A stretch of 64,000 nt of DNA from Nemertoderma westbladi (lineage: Eukaryota; Animalia; Xenacoelomorpha): assembly GCA_032718475.1 (NCBI GenBank), contig JAUCBJ010001297.1, positions 1-64,000 of the forward strand. Direction: 5' to 3'. The notes below the pieces were generated by a model. The model made no database searches. It was not told the origin of the DNA and saw only the letters and a list, made by a program, of their open reading frames with translations. Each line of letters opens with the position of its first letter. The first letter of the stretch is position 1. The position numbers were made by a program, and so were the translations under genes. Of the stretch, positions 1 through 13,094 are shown piece by piece.

Positions 1-964
1 TATTTAATACTTTTATTTGATAAATCAAAAATTTTAATAAACTAAATTTGAGAGCATCCACAGTAGTACCTATAGTATAATAGATACTACTGTAGACTGC
101 AAGCCTGGCGCGCGAAGCGCGCCTGGTTTGCTAGTATACAAAATGAACCAATAATGACGCCAGCAATATATGATATAGAGGGTACACATCCTCTAACCTG
201 AACATTGTCAGCTTTCGCCGAAAGACAACTACTGTAAGTGGATACGGCCAGAGAAACATGCCTCATATTAACAGACATCCCCACTCCTATTTCACCATTT
301 TACAACCCCCCCCCCCCACCCCCTATACTACTATCTGTTAATAAACCCCACCCCTCACCCTCTATCACTACGTCTACTACTGTACTAACCATTAAACTAA
401 CCACCAACGGGTAGTTGTGCGTGGTAGAACCGCCGTGACCAAGGATGTTATTACGTTACGTGACGGTATCTTTTCAGGAATACCGTAGCTCAATATTTTT
501 CCGTAACGTAAACCGTAAGGTAATAGCTTTTTCAATACCGTAACGTAATTGTATTGTATATTTTTTCCGTAAACCGTAACGTAATAGCGTAATATTTGTT
601 TTATCTACCAAGCAATCATTTGGACAAGAAACTTTCACTTTCACTTGCACGTTCTAGCTAATTCAATATAAAGCTAAATGCTTTAATAGGTTTTGTTTGT
701 ATGTACCATGTCTACTACGGTTAACTGAATCTCGTGTGGCGCAAAGGCCCCACGAACGGGTAACAAGCCGTACTCAATAGCAAATTGTAAAGAGCCAATT
801 TGCACACATTAATTTTTATGAAATATTAAGCATTAAATTATTTTTTACAAAAGAAAATTTTTATATATATTACATTGGTATCGAATATTTCAGAAAATCG
901 ATCGAAATATTCTGTAAATTTCGATTGACAACAAGTAGGCCATGCCGTTTAGGTACTTTTCAAA

Positions 965-3272
965 GTGACCATACTGCTACTACTAGGTCGAGCGAACTCG
1001 GACAGTGGAAATGAGATTCTTCCAGGCTTCCCGATTCTCCATAGTTGTCGCAATTTCGATTCTCCCAAGTTCAGTATCCCTTTCAAGTTGATCTATATTA
1101 CGTTATGGCCAGTCGTCCACGACTACGCTTTCCATGAGTTAGTTGCCAGAGAAGTAGATCTGGTATGACCTCGTCTTTACTTCGCCACCAGTGCCCACTG
1201 AATCTTAATCTGCGTTCACGGAGGGTGGTTGATACAGGTGGTATTGTACCATAAAGCTCGGCGTTTGTCATGTGTTGTCTCCAGCTGATGTTTAGGGCTG
1301 CCCTTAGTGGTCTTGTATAGTAACCATCAATTCGTTGTTCAAGTGATTTAGTGAGTGTCCAGGTCTCACCCCCGTATAAAAATACACTTTCCACTGTGGC
1401 TCGAAAGAACTTAGTCTTCAGGTGCCTGGAGAGATCTGATTTCCAGATGGTATCGATTTTTGATAGAGCTACCCAAGCCTTTGCTTTCCTAACTTCTATG
1501 TCCTTTTTGCTACTCTCTATCCATGATCCAAGGTACTGGAAGTCATCGACCTTCCTTAGTTGATTATTATAAATGGTTGTCAAGATTCCATCAACATTAG
1601 AAGTCATGAATTCGGTCTTGGTAGAATTTATATGCTATCCAACCTCCTTAGCAGCCCTCTCCACTTTATTTAGTAGAAGCTGTGCATCTGCTAGCGTATT
1701 AGAGAGCAGGGCGATGTCATCCGCAAAGTCGGTGTCTGTGACTGTAGTTGCCGGATATCTACTACTTCTGCGTCCTTGAAGTGTGAATCCCAGATCTTCA
1801 CCCTTTGTGGCCATCCTCATTGCGTAATCCAGCACAATTACAAATAGTAATGGTGCTAATGTGTCACCTTGCAGTACGCCAGCCAGGATTGAGAACAACT
1901 CAGTTTCACCATCTGGCGAGAGTACCTGCGCTTCTGTGTCACAATATAACATTCCAATGCCAGCAACAATTACTTCTGGTATTCCATAAGCTCTTAGGAT
2001 TTCAAGAATTTTACCTCTATGGATGGAGTCGAATGCCTTCTTGAAGTTCACAAAAGTCATGACTGCGGGAAGATTCTTTGACTTAATTCCTTCAATCAGT
2101 CTCCGTAGTGCAACTATATCTGAGCTATTGTTGATCTACTTGGTCGAAAGCCGTTTTGGCTCTTACGCGCAGTAGTTTCTCTATGTGAGGCCTAATCCTA
2201 TATAGAATCATTTTATTGTATATTTTGGCAGCTACCACAAGCAGACAGATCCCACGATAGTTTGTTGGTTTGCCGAGGTCTCCTTTCTTAGGGAGAGGCT
2301 TTAGTTGACCTTTAGTCCAAATTGGTGGTGGCTTTTTCCCTTTTAACATCCGGTTGCAAACATTCAATAATGGTCTGTTTAGCACTCCGGTTTTCCTACC
2401 TCCGCTGGAATTTCATCTAAACCACTCGCTTTATTATTGGACATGCTTTTAATGCTTCTTTGGAGTTCGGCAGGTGTGAAGTCCCCTGTTTCTATAGAAA
2501 GTGTCTTGTCATATATTTTCCTTGTAGGGATGACCTCGATGTTTGGTGGCTGCCCAAGCAAGTTACTGAAGTAATTTTTCCACTTCCCAACACGTTCTTC
2601 AGGACTATCGGCTTTGAGGCGCCACTTTGCGCAACTTTTCCGACCAGATACCTCATTTACAGTTTGCCAGGTAAGTCTTGATTGTTGCTGTATGTGAGCA
2701 GTTGTAATTGCTTCAATTTTATCCTGTATGTACATTTCCTGGCTGATGTTGTAGGCCAATTTAAGATCGTCCTAAGCTTTCTCAACCTTGTTAATGTTTA
2801 CGGTTGTTGGTTGTTCAGTTTTAACTTTGTAGGCTATCTTAGGATCTTCTCTCTTACAAGTAACCTCAGAGTTTTGCCATGGCACATATTGTTTTCGTTT
2901 GGGTTTCTGGGGGATATGCCTCTTAGCTGATTCCTTGTGGGCTGTTATTATATTCTGGTATATTGAATAGGTGGATTGGTCTTCATCCATTGACTGAAGT
3001 GCTTCAAAGCGGTTTTGGACTTCTACTGTGTAAGCATCCTTTACTGCATTGTCAGTTCTGAGTTTCTCCCAGTCATAATTGATTTGCTTGCTTGTCCTGG
3101 GTTTGCTGGCTCTCAAACTGAGTCTGATCTCTACAGTCACAATTCTGTGGCCCGAACCAATTAGGTTGAACGAGCTGTATGCCTCGCAGTTGATCATGCT
3201 TTTTCTCCACTTTTTGTTTATAAAGATGTAATCAAGTTGTGCTTTGGTTCCATTAGGGTATTGAAAGGTCCA
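965..3272 (-). mobile_element. Degenerate, 5'-truncated RTE-group (RTE/Proto2-like) non-LTR retrotransposon: APE endonuclease end plus RT
   Basis: Frameshifted ORFs 2772-3197, 2379-2759, 2125-2385, 1635-2060 and 1098-1607 give in order QLDYIF (APE end), ASGLDEIP, PKKGDL..NYRGI, F..AFDSI, GVLQGDTLAP, DFADD, FQYLGS, LRFSGH. There is a (TAG)n-like 3' tail near 975-985. Confidence 0.92.
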
Positions 3273-4031
3273 TGTGACTATGCTGAAGAAAAAAACCCTG
3301 ATTCACACACATAAGGCCACAACACGCTCACCGTACTAGTTACAACTATCGTACCACTTTAAAAAACTAATTTTGGACGGAATTCCGTAACATATCAACC
3401 TCCTCTAATCTCTATATTGGAATGAACTACAACCCACAGAAATTCGAAGAATCCCGATACTCTCTAAATTTAAATTAGAACTTTAGGAATATATCTAATT
3501 TACCCAATAACCTTCGCCCTGCGTCATCCTACAATGTTTCAACCAAATCGTTGGAATCTGTGATTAAAAGCATCAACGTAATTTGTGATACTGATGATGC
3601 AGTAGTGCTGATAACATACATTTCTACTGATTGATACTGATGGGATCCAACAAACAGTAATTTTTTTACAATGTGACAACTTTTGGAATACATTTTTTTA
3701 TTTGGTTTAATTCTATTTATTTTATATTACGGTAGATAAGATTTATTAAATTTTTTTTTGTTATTGTAACGGTATCCATGTGGGGTTGTGATTCTGGATA
3801 CGTACTGAAAGGATACGTACTGGATATATACCCTCGACTTCAGGCTATACACAGGATGGCATACACCGTTTTCCAATTTAAAATCATTTGTGTATTTATT
3901 ATCAGATGGATAATACAGTTACTATTAAGAACCTAAAAAAAGTTGTTGTTCGATTTCACGTTTGACCCAAACCTTATCTAATATTAGTTAGTAGTAAATA
4001 TTTATAATTAGGTACAATATAAGATACTCAC

Positions 4032-4520
4032 AATTATCTCTATTGAAGGTGACAATAACAGCGTTACTGGAGGGTTCGAAGTTGCCTGAAACATCATCTT
4101 TTAATTCACAGTCGTATTCTCCAGCGTCTTCCTTCATGCAGCCAGAAAACTCGTAGTCGATGTAAAATGGAACGGATGTTTTTCCTTCAATGAGTGGCGG
4201 ACTGTTTGGAGGGTCTTCTGTACGGTAGGTTCCTTTTATTATACAACCGCGTTTTGGATATTCGGTGATCAACACTCCATCAATTAGCACGTCATATATA
4301 GTGGTAGCGAGTTCAACCTTATCAGAATCCCCGGGTTTCTTTACCACCAACTTTGACCACGAATTTTGAGGGTTATTGCCAATTTTATATCCTATACAAT
4401 AAATGTTCCAACTCGCTGCTTCATCTTCGCAATAATTAAAGGGGGAGTCTAGCACCTTCGGGACTATTTCGGGACTATTGGATTGGAACTTGGTGAATAC
4501 CTCAGCGGCAAAAACTGGAT
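4032..4520 (-). CDS. Coding exon for a Cys-rich Ig-like domain (paralog B)
   Basis: Acceptor tttccag at 4521+ and donor GTGAGT at 4031-4026 bound a 489-nt, phase 1-1 exon that is open throughout (DPVFAAEVFTK...VTFNRDN). It has B-strand Cys (WNIYC), C-strand Trp (SWSKL) and F-strand DAGEYDC. It is ~75% identical over the core to the exon at 31244-31720. Confidence 0.85.
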
Positions 4521-5621
4521 CTGGAAATAAAAATAAGTATAAAGTAAAACAAATAAGTTAAATAATGTACAACTAATAAATATTTTTCTAATAGCATTGT
4601 AATGAGTGGATGGAAAATATGTCACGCTCACGACCGTTACGATGAAGAGCAAGTTTTTCCAATATCTCCATATTCCCGGCAGTAATGGTTATAATCTTTT
4701 ATATCTATCGTTCAGACGTTAGCTGGTTCGTATCAATTGTTTGAGTCATATAGTTTAACTTGACTATATGTTCCAGTTGTAGTAATCAGCCTAACGGTCG
4801 TTGGGAAATGGGAATATTAGCATAGCATGTATAATTGTATAATTCAAGGAACGAAAGGTCGTCTTTTTTACTCTCCATTTAGATTACATTTTGGAATATG
4901 ATTCGACACAAAGTGATAATTGTAATATTGGATGTACAAAGGTTTCTTCTTAACCTAATTTAGCAAGTCGTAAGACTTGATTACTGTAAGAAAAAAAGCT
5001 ACTGGCTACTGGTTAATGGCTACTGACCTAGAGCAAAAACGGCTCTAACGATTTTGATGAAATTTTGCATGGACCATGAAAATGGTTCTATAGTGGGGTC
5101 GCTTAAGGTGAAAATCGTTAATTGCCGGACAAAAGCATGAAAATATGACTATATATGTAAAAAAATGTGTAGATTAATTTGAGCCTGTGTACCAAAAAAA
5201 TTGACTACTTCCCTAGCAACAGGGTGACTTTTTCATAGCAACCAGGTAAAATTTGTCATTTCTGTTATTTAAACTCACCATATACAAAAATTACGATTAT
5301 ATAACTGGTTTAGTTTATAATATAAGTCTGTAGACGTTTCCATAGCAACAAGGAGACCTTTACCTAGCAACCGCTCTATATTTAATGGAATTATGATTGA
5401 AACTTGGGATAATCAACCTGACTAGCAATAGAAAATGGTTAGTGATGACATAGGCGCAGTAGTAGGGTCTTGGCCGGCTCTGTGACAGTTAGACCACACT
5501 GACACCCATTGGGTGTCATATGACACCCAATTATCACCCTATGGGTGTCATTGGTTGTCATTGGCGCCAGACTGTCTGGGTGACACCTCCTAATTAGGCT
5601 AATTAGACCCTAATTGACTAG

Positions 5622-6121
5622 TGAGGCATAGACTATGCCTCACTGAGGCATAGTCTATGACTCACTGAGGCATAGACTATGCCTCACTGAGGCATAGACT
5701 ATGCCTCACTGAGGCATAGACTATGACTCACTGAGGCATAGACTATGACTCACTGAGGCATAGACTATGCCTCACTGAGGCATAGTCTATGCCTCACTGA
5801 GGCATAGACTATGACTCACTGAGGCACTGAGGCATAGACTATGCCTCACTGAGGCATAGACTATGACTCACTGAGGCACTGAGGCATAGATTATGCCTCA
5901 TTGAGGCATAGGCTATGCCTCACTGAGGCATAGTCTATGACTCACTGAGGCATAGACTATGCCTCACTGAGGCATAGACTATGCCTCACTGAGGCATAGT
6001 CTATGACTCACTGAGGCATAGACTATGCCTCAATGAGGCATAATCTATGCCTCACTGAGGCATAGTCTATGACTCACTGAGGCATAGACTATGCCTCACT
6101 GAGGCATAGACTATGACTCAC
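5622..6121. repeat. 22-bp palindromic minisatellite (TGAGGCATAG-W-CTATGMCTCA-C), ~22 copies
   Basis: Directly visible tandem units. Each unit is a 10-mer plus its reverse complement, with no unique spacers. Confidence 0.97.
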
Positions 6122-6412
6122 GAAAGGTTTGATTTTAAAATTAATACCGGTATTTGCAATCTTTTCATAAAACACTAGCTATCATAAAAATATTTAATAG
6201 CTATACCATAATATCATGGAAAGGTTCAATTATGTTCTAGTATACTGCAAACTAAATAAATCTAAAAAATCACATAAAAAATATCAATTCAAAAAATCCT
6301 GATTTAGTGTACATGTACGGTAGTGATACCGCACAAGGGTACCGGTACCGACAAGTATGGGGCGTTCCTATTATTTTTTACATAATGTATAAAATTAATA
6401 AATCCATCTTAC

Positions 6413-6464
6413 CTATTAGAAGATCCAGTATCTGAAATACAATGAAAATAATTCCAGTATTCAT
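6413..6464 (-). CDS. Probable signal-peptide (leader) exon of the Ig-like gene B
   Basis: caaaATG...ATA G|GTAAG gives MNTGIIFIVFQILDLLI plus 1 nt (phase 1). It joins in frame to exon 4520-4032 to give MNTGIIFIVFQILDLLIDPVFA/AEV, a hydrophobic leader with a V-x-A cleavage-like site. Confidence 0.65.
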
Positions 6465-7039
6465 TTTGTTCTACAGTAGAAATCCAAGTATTCTGGGTTC
6501 TTGTATCAACGGGTTACTATTGAACTAATATTGTTTTAATAACGTGACACCTCTATTGGAGAATGGTTATACAATCTGAGTCTTGGAATTCCTCGAAATA
6601 ATACTCAAGTAATTGTACTTTTCAACCGTCTACCGGTACCTACTGTAGTTATACGGTGATGTCTTACTGCAGTGCAAAAACATTTCAGTTAAAGCAAACT
6701 TTATTGGAACTATATATGATAATTCCAGAACATTTGTTTCTAGGGCATCAGCAATCTGGTTGTTGGTGTTCCAATAATTATTAACTCAAGTGCGGATTAA
6801 TTCGCGTAAGGTTGGTAATCAAAATGAATTCCTTCCAAAGGGAAAGTTAGTTTAGTATTCAGTGTGAAGACCGTCTATATCCAAATTTTGGAACTAGAAA
6901 TGCAGTGTCTTTAGAGGCAATGCAATTGAACCGCAAAGCTCAGGAAAACATAAGTCTTCGTCGACTTCAACGTTGCCGAGAAAAAAAGCACAATACAAGT
7001 ATATAGTACGGGAGCAGGGGGGGGGGGGGGGGGGGTAAG

Positions 7040-7449
7040 ATGGGCCGTGGACCACCTCATAGAATCCCTCGCTGTTGGTGAGTGAGGGGTCTATGGTCCC
7101 CATGATGGAGGCCGCATCCGACCAGGATGGCGACAGCCAGCCTCTGTAGGAGGAAGCAGTAGTGGGATCGGTGTACCTGGGTGGCCGAATGGAGTCTATC
7201 TCCTTCAGGAACTCGTATGTATCATGACCGGGGCGGCCCATGGTCTCGTAAGCTACCGGGTGGAAGAGGTAGCCCCGGTCCGTGGAGTTCCTGGTATTTC
7301 CGGATTTTGTTGATTTCCGCTTCCTCTGCTGTGCGGCCTCTGGTGGATAAGGTCTGGGCGAGGTTGCTGGGGGCGAGGGGGTCAGCCACCATCGCGTCCC
7401 ACGTGAGCAACCGCCTGAGGCCCCACGAGACCAGGGTGACGCCATCCAT
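7040..7449 (-). mobile_element. 3' fragment of a CRE-like non-LTR retrotransposon (restriction-like endonuclease domain)
   Basis: Two frameshifted frames give DGVTLVSW..LTWDA.VAD..A...AEEAE..KIRKY and YLFHPVAYETMG..G...FL...AASIMGT. This is the PD..D / K..KY RLE signature typical of CRE-clade C-termini. Confidence 0.8.
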
Positions 7450-8199
7450 TATTATTATTATATTTCACCTTTTATTATATTAAAATATTAAAATAAGGGA
7501 GAACATCTTCAAGGTTTAGGGAAACACTAACTGATGACAATAACGCAGAAATTACCAATAATCGTACATATAGAACATGTACAGTAGTGCTAATTACTCA
7601 AAAAATTTAATCATTAAATAACCAAACCAAGCCTTTCCCTCTACAGATGTTCCACATAATTCAATTAAAGCTGTCTTATGGAATGTAGGTAGAGGGCGCA
7701 AGATCAACAATCGACTCAACGATGGACGAAACTTTATAGAAACGGACATTCTCCTGTTAACCGGAAACGATGGATAAAAGATTTGAAAATAGAAAATTAC
7801 CGATTCCCCGTACTTAGTTCCAATTTAAGCTTCATGCGAATTTAGTTCCAATGGAAACGAATTTAGGTCCAATTTTGGCGAACTTAGTTCCAATAACTAG
7901 ACTAGAGAAAAACGAAAACGAATTTAGTTCCAATGCGTGCGAATGACCTAGAATATAAACGGCGCTAACGATTTTGATGAAATTTTGCATGAACCATGAA
8001 AATATATTCCTATGGGTACTTGTTTTTTTTAAAACAATCAACACCGCCATACCGGGGTAAATATATTTATCGGATTTCATCTTATTGCACTGGTGATAAA
8101 CGCAACTGTTAAACAACGATATTGAAATACGATAGGCCACTCTATAAAACACATTTCATAATATTTATAATAATTTACATATGTACAGTATTACTTTGG

Positions 8200-8790
8200 T
8201 TCAGTGTGTGAATAAAACAATTTATTATTATTTAAAATATAAACAACTCGTTGATAAAAATAATTCTAAAATATCGTGCAAAACGGATACATATAAAACT
8301 CATACAGCCAACGAATTTAGGCCAACGAATCTAGCCTAGGACAGGCATGACATCGAAGGGCGTGATATCTGCTTTCACAGTTCCCACCACAGAAACTACA
8401 GATACAGTCTTCTTTTGGGGAGTGGAATGAGTTCATAGTGCAGCAGATCAGATGGTGAAACCCGTGAGATGTTGCCCTACAGACAGCATGACGATTTCGT
8501 TGTCCAGGTCGTTTCCAGTTGAAGTTTTGAAAGGCAGGTCCCTCTAGGCAGCCCTCCCTTATAAAATTGTTCATCTGTTCAGCTCTACAGTTCCTATATC
8601 TTAGCACAGTAGTCTCGTTAAAAATATTTGGGTTCCTATCTAAAATATATTCTATCAAAGTTGGTTCACCAAGTAAGTTATGCACTAATGTTGACGATGA
8701 AGATATGTGTAGACCTAGCATACGTTTAATAAAAGTAGATTTCGTTTTATCGATTTCTTTAAGGTTTGACAATGGGTACTTGTTAAATCG
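8200..8790 (-). mobile_element. 3' remnant of an RTEX-like LINE with a C-terminal Cys/His knuckle
   Basis: FIKRMLGL..SS...HGFHHLICC...CICSFC....RYHALRC matches the C-terminus pattern of the LINE at 34927-35580. It is followed by an AT-rich 3' UTR with AATAAA. Confidence 0.7.
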
Positions 8791-9639
8791 CGGTTTAAAT
8801 TGAAACATCTCAACTTGTTTTATTTCGAAAAATAGCCTTAAAACACGAAAAATGATAAAAACACCAGCAGGCATCATGGTATACATCATGAAAAATGTAT
8901 AGAGATGGCCTGGTAATGCATTCAATAGGAAGGGCCAACTAACAAAGAAGTACTTTCTGTGCCAAGTATTATCATTATCACTCTACTCTAAAACCCAGAT
9001 AGTAAGCAAACATTAACTCGGGTTTAGCTGGCTATTACAGTTTCAGCTGAATAACTCTTCCCAATTCGGGTGTGTTGGTTACTATGATTGTATTGTACTA
9101 CTGTAGGTGCTCTCATCTAACTAGAGACGGGCCTAGCGCCCTGTGAATCAAGTCGTAGGAAACGGTACGAGACAAGTAAAAGCTTTTTCTTCTGTCTGAT
9201 ACTAAATTAGTGTGAGCGTAGTCCCGCCCGGTGGTGTACGATAAATTTTCTAGACAACTTCAAACTATAATTTTTATGTTGTAATCATCTAATGTAAAGT
9301 GTTGCAAAGTGTTCCTACCCATAAACTGGTTGAGGTAGACTATTTGAAGCCATTTCTAGTTGTCAGGACAACTAATATAAACAATTCTGCTTTCCAAACT
9401 GATACTTTTATAAGTTTGAAAGTTTAAAACAACCTGTAAATCGTGTTAAACTGAAAATTAAATCTATTTCAGCTGGCTGCCGTCAGCTGATCACTGATTG
9501 CATGCAACGTCTAGCTAGGTCTTGTTGCTTTCTGGTTTTTTACATACTTTGGTACTAACACACCTAGCGGAAAGGATTTTACTTAACGTGCTTGATTAAT
9601 AAATAAAATACAAATAACTCTATAAATCTATTTACAGTA

Positions 9640-10501
9640 GGATAGTTCTGAAAGAGGACAAATACCGAGAGTTATCGAAAAGGTTTAAGTTGTGGTGATG
9701 ATATCCATTCACTGAGGGGGAACATTTTGCACATTCGATAGTTCGATAGCATTCATAAACAAAAAACATAGGGGTTATATACAATTCAAATAATTGCCGT
9801 TAATTTCAAATATTCCTATCGCGAAATATAAATTCACTGACACCGTAAGGGCTCTACTACTTACATTACTACTCATTTAGACCTAACCTGCAGTCCGTTC
9901 CTTGATTACCAGCAGTCAGTACAGTAGGCTACTGCGGTCCCTGCCGGTACCCTGCTACCATCAGACCTGCTACCATCTGACTGCGTGGTGGCGTATTACA
10001 GCGCATTGATAATATTTTTAATGCGATATTCGATTCCGGAGAATAACAGATGTTCATTTTACTGTAAACTGTGTTCCTAAATTTAGTCTATTGTTTTGGT
10101 TATAAAAGCCTGCCATTGTAACCTGCTACTTTGATTTAAAAGCCACCTTTAATGCTGAATATCGAAATTAAATATTGGCGAAATTAAGTTAATAATATGT
10201 TAAAATAGGCTGAAACAGTACAGCTACTGCAGTAGCTTAGCCTAGCGTTGTTAGTAAAACAACCCTTTCTACTGTACTGTATCAGTGAATGTATATTTCG
10301 CGAAATTTAATTTGAAACTTAACGGCAATTATTTGAATTTGAGCCCATATATATTTTTGTTTATGAATAATATCGGACGCTGAGAGTGCGACATGTACCC
10401 CCTATCAGTAAATGGATAGCTTTCGCCCCTGTTTTAACCTTTTCGATAACTTTCGGTAGCTTTGGTTGGCTTTGGGTTATTGTACTCTTTCGGAACTATC
10501 C
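9640..10501. mobile_element. Foldback/MITE-like element with ~200-bp imperfect terminal inverted repeats
   Basis: 9640-9840 (GGATAGTTCTGAAAGAG...TTATCGAAAAGG...CAAATAATTGCCGTTAA...ATTCACTGA) is the reverse complement of ~10282-10501. Confidence 0.75.
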
Positions 10502-10919
10502 ACTATATTATGTTTGGTTAATTGATGTGTTGAAGGTGTTGTAATATTTCTAATATCGCGTGACTTTGGTGGTTCTATTTTATGACAACATAATTCCTTA
10601 AAACTAACAGAGTAGAATAATGTTTCTAATTTTTAGTAAAACCATTATAAAATTCGTATTAGGCTCATTCCATGCAAATGTCAACCGCAGTGCCAATTAT
10701 GAAAAACTTGAATTATTGCTTCTCATATCAATTTTCAGAACCAATATATGATGCGGTTTACGAATTGAATGCAAAAAACCGCATCAAAATTCGTTAAATT
10801 TCTGAAATCTGGTGTTATTCGCCCATACCTCTCAAACTGCAAAAATACAGTTAACTGAGTGCATAATATGACACGAAGTGGGGCCTTCGCGCAGCACGTG
10901 ACTTAATTATACTTAGTTA

Positions 10920-13010
10920 TACATTTCGCCCTCTAGCGGCAGACTGGAGGACTCCAGACCGTTTACTGCCCACCAAAGACTCAGGCCGACTTCTACTACA
11001 TATCTGCTACGTTTCAGCTTGAACGGATCATAAATAACGAGATGGGAGAAAGATTTCACTTTCAAACATTTCGCACTCTAGCGCAGAATGAAGAACTGCA
11101 CACGGATTAGCCTTCAATTCAATTCAATTCAATTCCTTCTTTCAAAGTCACAGCTAATGGTCAAGTACATATCTGCCAAATTTCAGCATAAATGGATTAA
11201 AAGCAAAGAAATGGGAGGACATTTAACGTTTAGACATGTGGCCCTCTAGCAGGAGACGATTGCTCTGATGGTGTCTGAAAGTCTCTCAAACGTCTCAACT
11301 TTAGCTCATATTGATACCTACAAATTTTCAACTTGGCAGCTTTAAATCCGACAAAGTTATTAGCATGTCAAAATCGTAACGACGACAACGATTTCACTTT
11401 CAGACCTTTGGCCCTCTAGCGGCAGACTGGAGAACTGCAGATGGATTCGCCTCCTTTGAAAGTCACAGCTAATGGTCTAATACATATCTGCCAGGTTTCA
11501 GCTTAAACGGATTAAAAGCAAAGAAATGGGAGGGCATTTAATGTTTAGACATGTGGCCCTCTAGCGGGAGACCATTGCACTGATGGTGTCTGAAAGTCTC
11601 TCAAAAATCTCAACTTTTGCTCATATTGATACCTACAAATTTTCAACTTGGCAGCTTTAAATCCGACAAAGTTATTAGCATGTCAAAATCGTAACGACGA
11701 CAACGATTTCACTTTCAGACCTTTGGCCCTCTAGCGGCAGACTGGAGAACTGCAGATGGATTCGCCTCCTTTGAAAGTCACAGCTAATGGTCTAATACAT
11801 ATCTGCCAAGTTTCAGCTTAAACGGATTAAAAGCAAAGAAATGGGAGGGCATTTAATGTTTAGACATGTGGCCCTCTAGCGGGAGACCATTGCACTGATG
11901 GTGTCTGAAAGTCTCTCAAAAATCTCAACTTTTGCTCATATTGATACCTACAAATTTTCAACTTGGCAGCTTTAAATCCGACAAAGTTATTAGCATGTCA
12001 AAATCGTAACGACGACAGCGATTTCACTTTCAGACCTTTGGCCCTCTAGCGGCAGACTGGAGAACTGCAGATGGATTCGCCTCCTTTCAAAGTCACAGCT
12101 AATGGTCTAATACATATCTGCCAAGTTTCAGCTTAAACGGATTAAAAGCAAAGAAATGGGAGGGCATTTAATGTTTAGACATGTGGCCCTCTAGCGGGAG
12201 ACCATTGCACTGATGGTGTCTGAATGTCTCTCAAATATCTCAACTTTTGCTCATATTGATACCTACAAATTTTCAACTTGGCAGCTTTAAATCCGACAAA
12301 GTTATTAGCATGTCAAAATCGTAACGACGACAACGATTTCACTTTCAGACCTTTGGCCCTCTAGCGGCAGACTGGAGAACTGCAGATGGATTCGCCTCCT
12401 TTGAAAGTCACAGCTAATGGTCTAATACATATCTGCCAAGTTTCAGCTTAAACGGATTAAAAGCAAAGAAATGGGAGGGCATTTAATGTTTAGACATGTG
12501 GCCCTCTAGCGGGAGACCATTGCACTGATGGTGTCTGAAAGTCTCTCAAAAATCTCAACTTTTGCTCATATTGATACCTAGAAATTTTTAACTTGGCAGC
12601 TTTAAATCCGACAAAGTTATTAGCATGTCAAAATCGTAACGACGACAACGATTTCACTTTCAGACCTTTGGCCCTCTAGCGGCAGACTGGAGAACTGCAG
12701 ATGGATTCGCCTCCTTTGAAAGTCACAGCTAATGGTCTAATACATATCTGCCAAGTTTCAGCTTAAACGGATTAAAAGCAAAGAAATGGGAGGGCATTTA
12801 ATGTTTAGACATGTGGCCCTCTAGCGGGAGACCATTGCACTGATGGTGTCTGAAAGTCTCTCAAAAATCTCAACTTTTGCTCATATTGATACCTACAAAT
12901 TTTCAACTTGGCAGCTTTAAATCCGACAAAGTTATTAGCATGTCAAAATCGTAACGACGACGACGACGACGACGACAACGACGACGACGACGACAACGAC
13001 GACGACGACG
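10920..13010. repeat. 315-bp tandem repeat (~6 copies, each a dimer of two related subunits) ending in a (GAC)n microsatellite; possibly the interior of a Helentron/HINE-type element
   Basis: AAATCGTAACGACGAC recurs at 11371, ~11686, 12001, ~12316, 12631 and ~12946. GCCCTCTAGCGG occurs twice per unit. (GAC)n lies at ~12952-13010. Confidence 0.93.
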
Positions 13011-13094
13011 AAGGACAACTATTTGCATAAATTGACCCACCCCCTAACAGTGTCAATTCGCTAAGGCTCCGCCAACTTCGTGGCTCGCCCCACA

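Noticed and set aside
87-284. Possible transmembrane exon of the Ig gene (ISYIAGVIIGSFCIL)
   Set aside because: The nearby AG acceptors are phase 0 or 2, not the required phase 1. The hydrophobic run is short and runs into a CGCGCTTCGCGCG TE-like hairpin.
5622-6121. Palindromic repeats resembling CRISPR direct repeats
   Set aside because: No unique spacers; this is a head-to-tail minisatellite.
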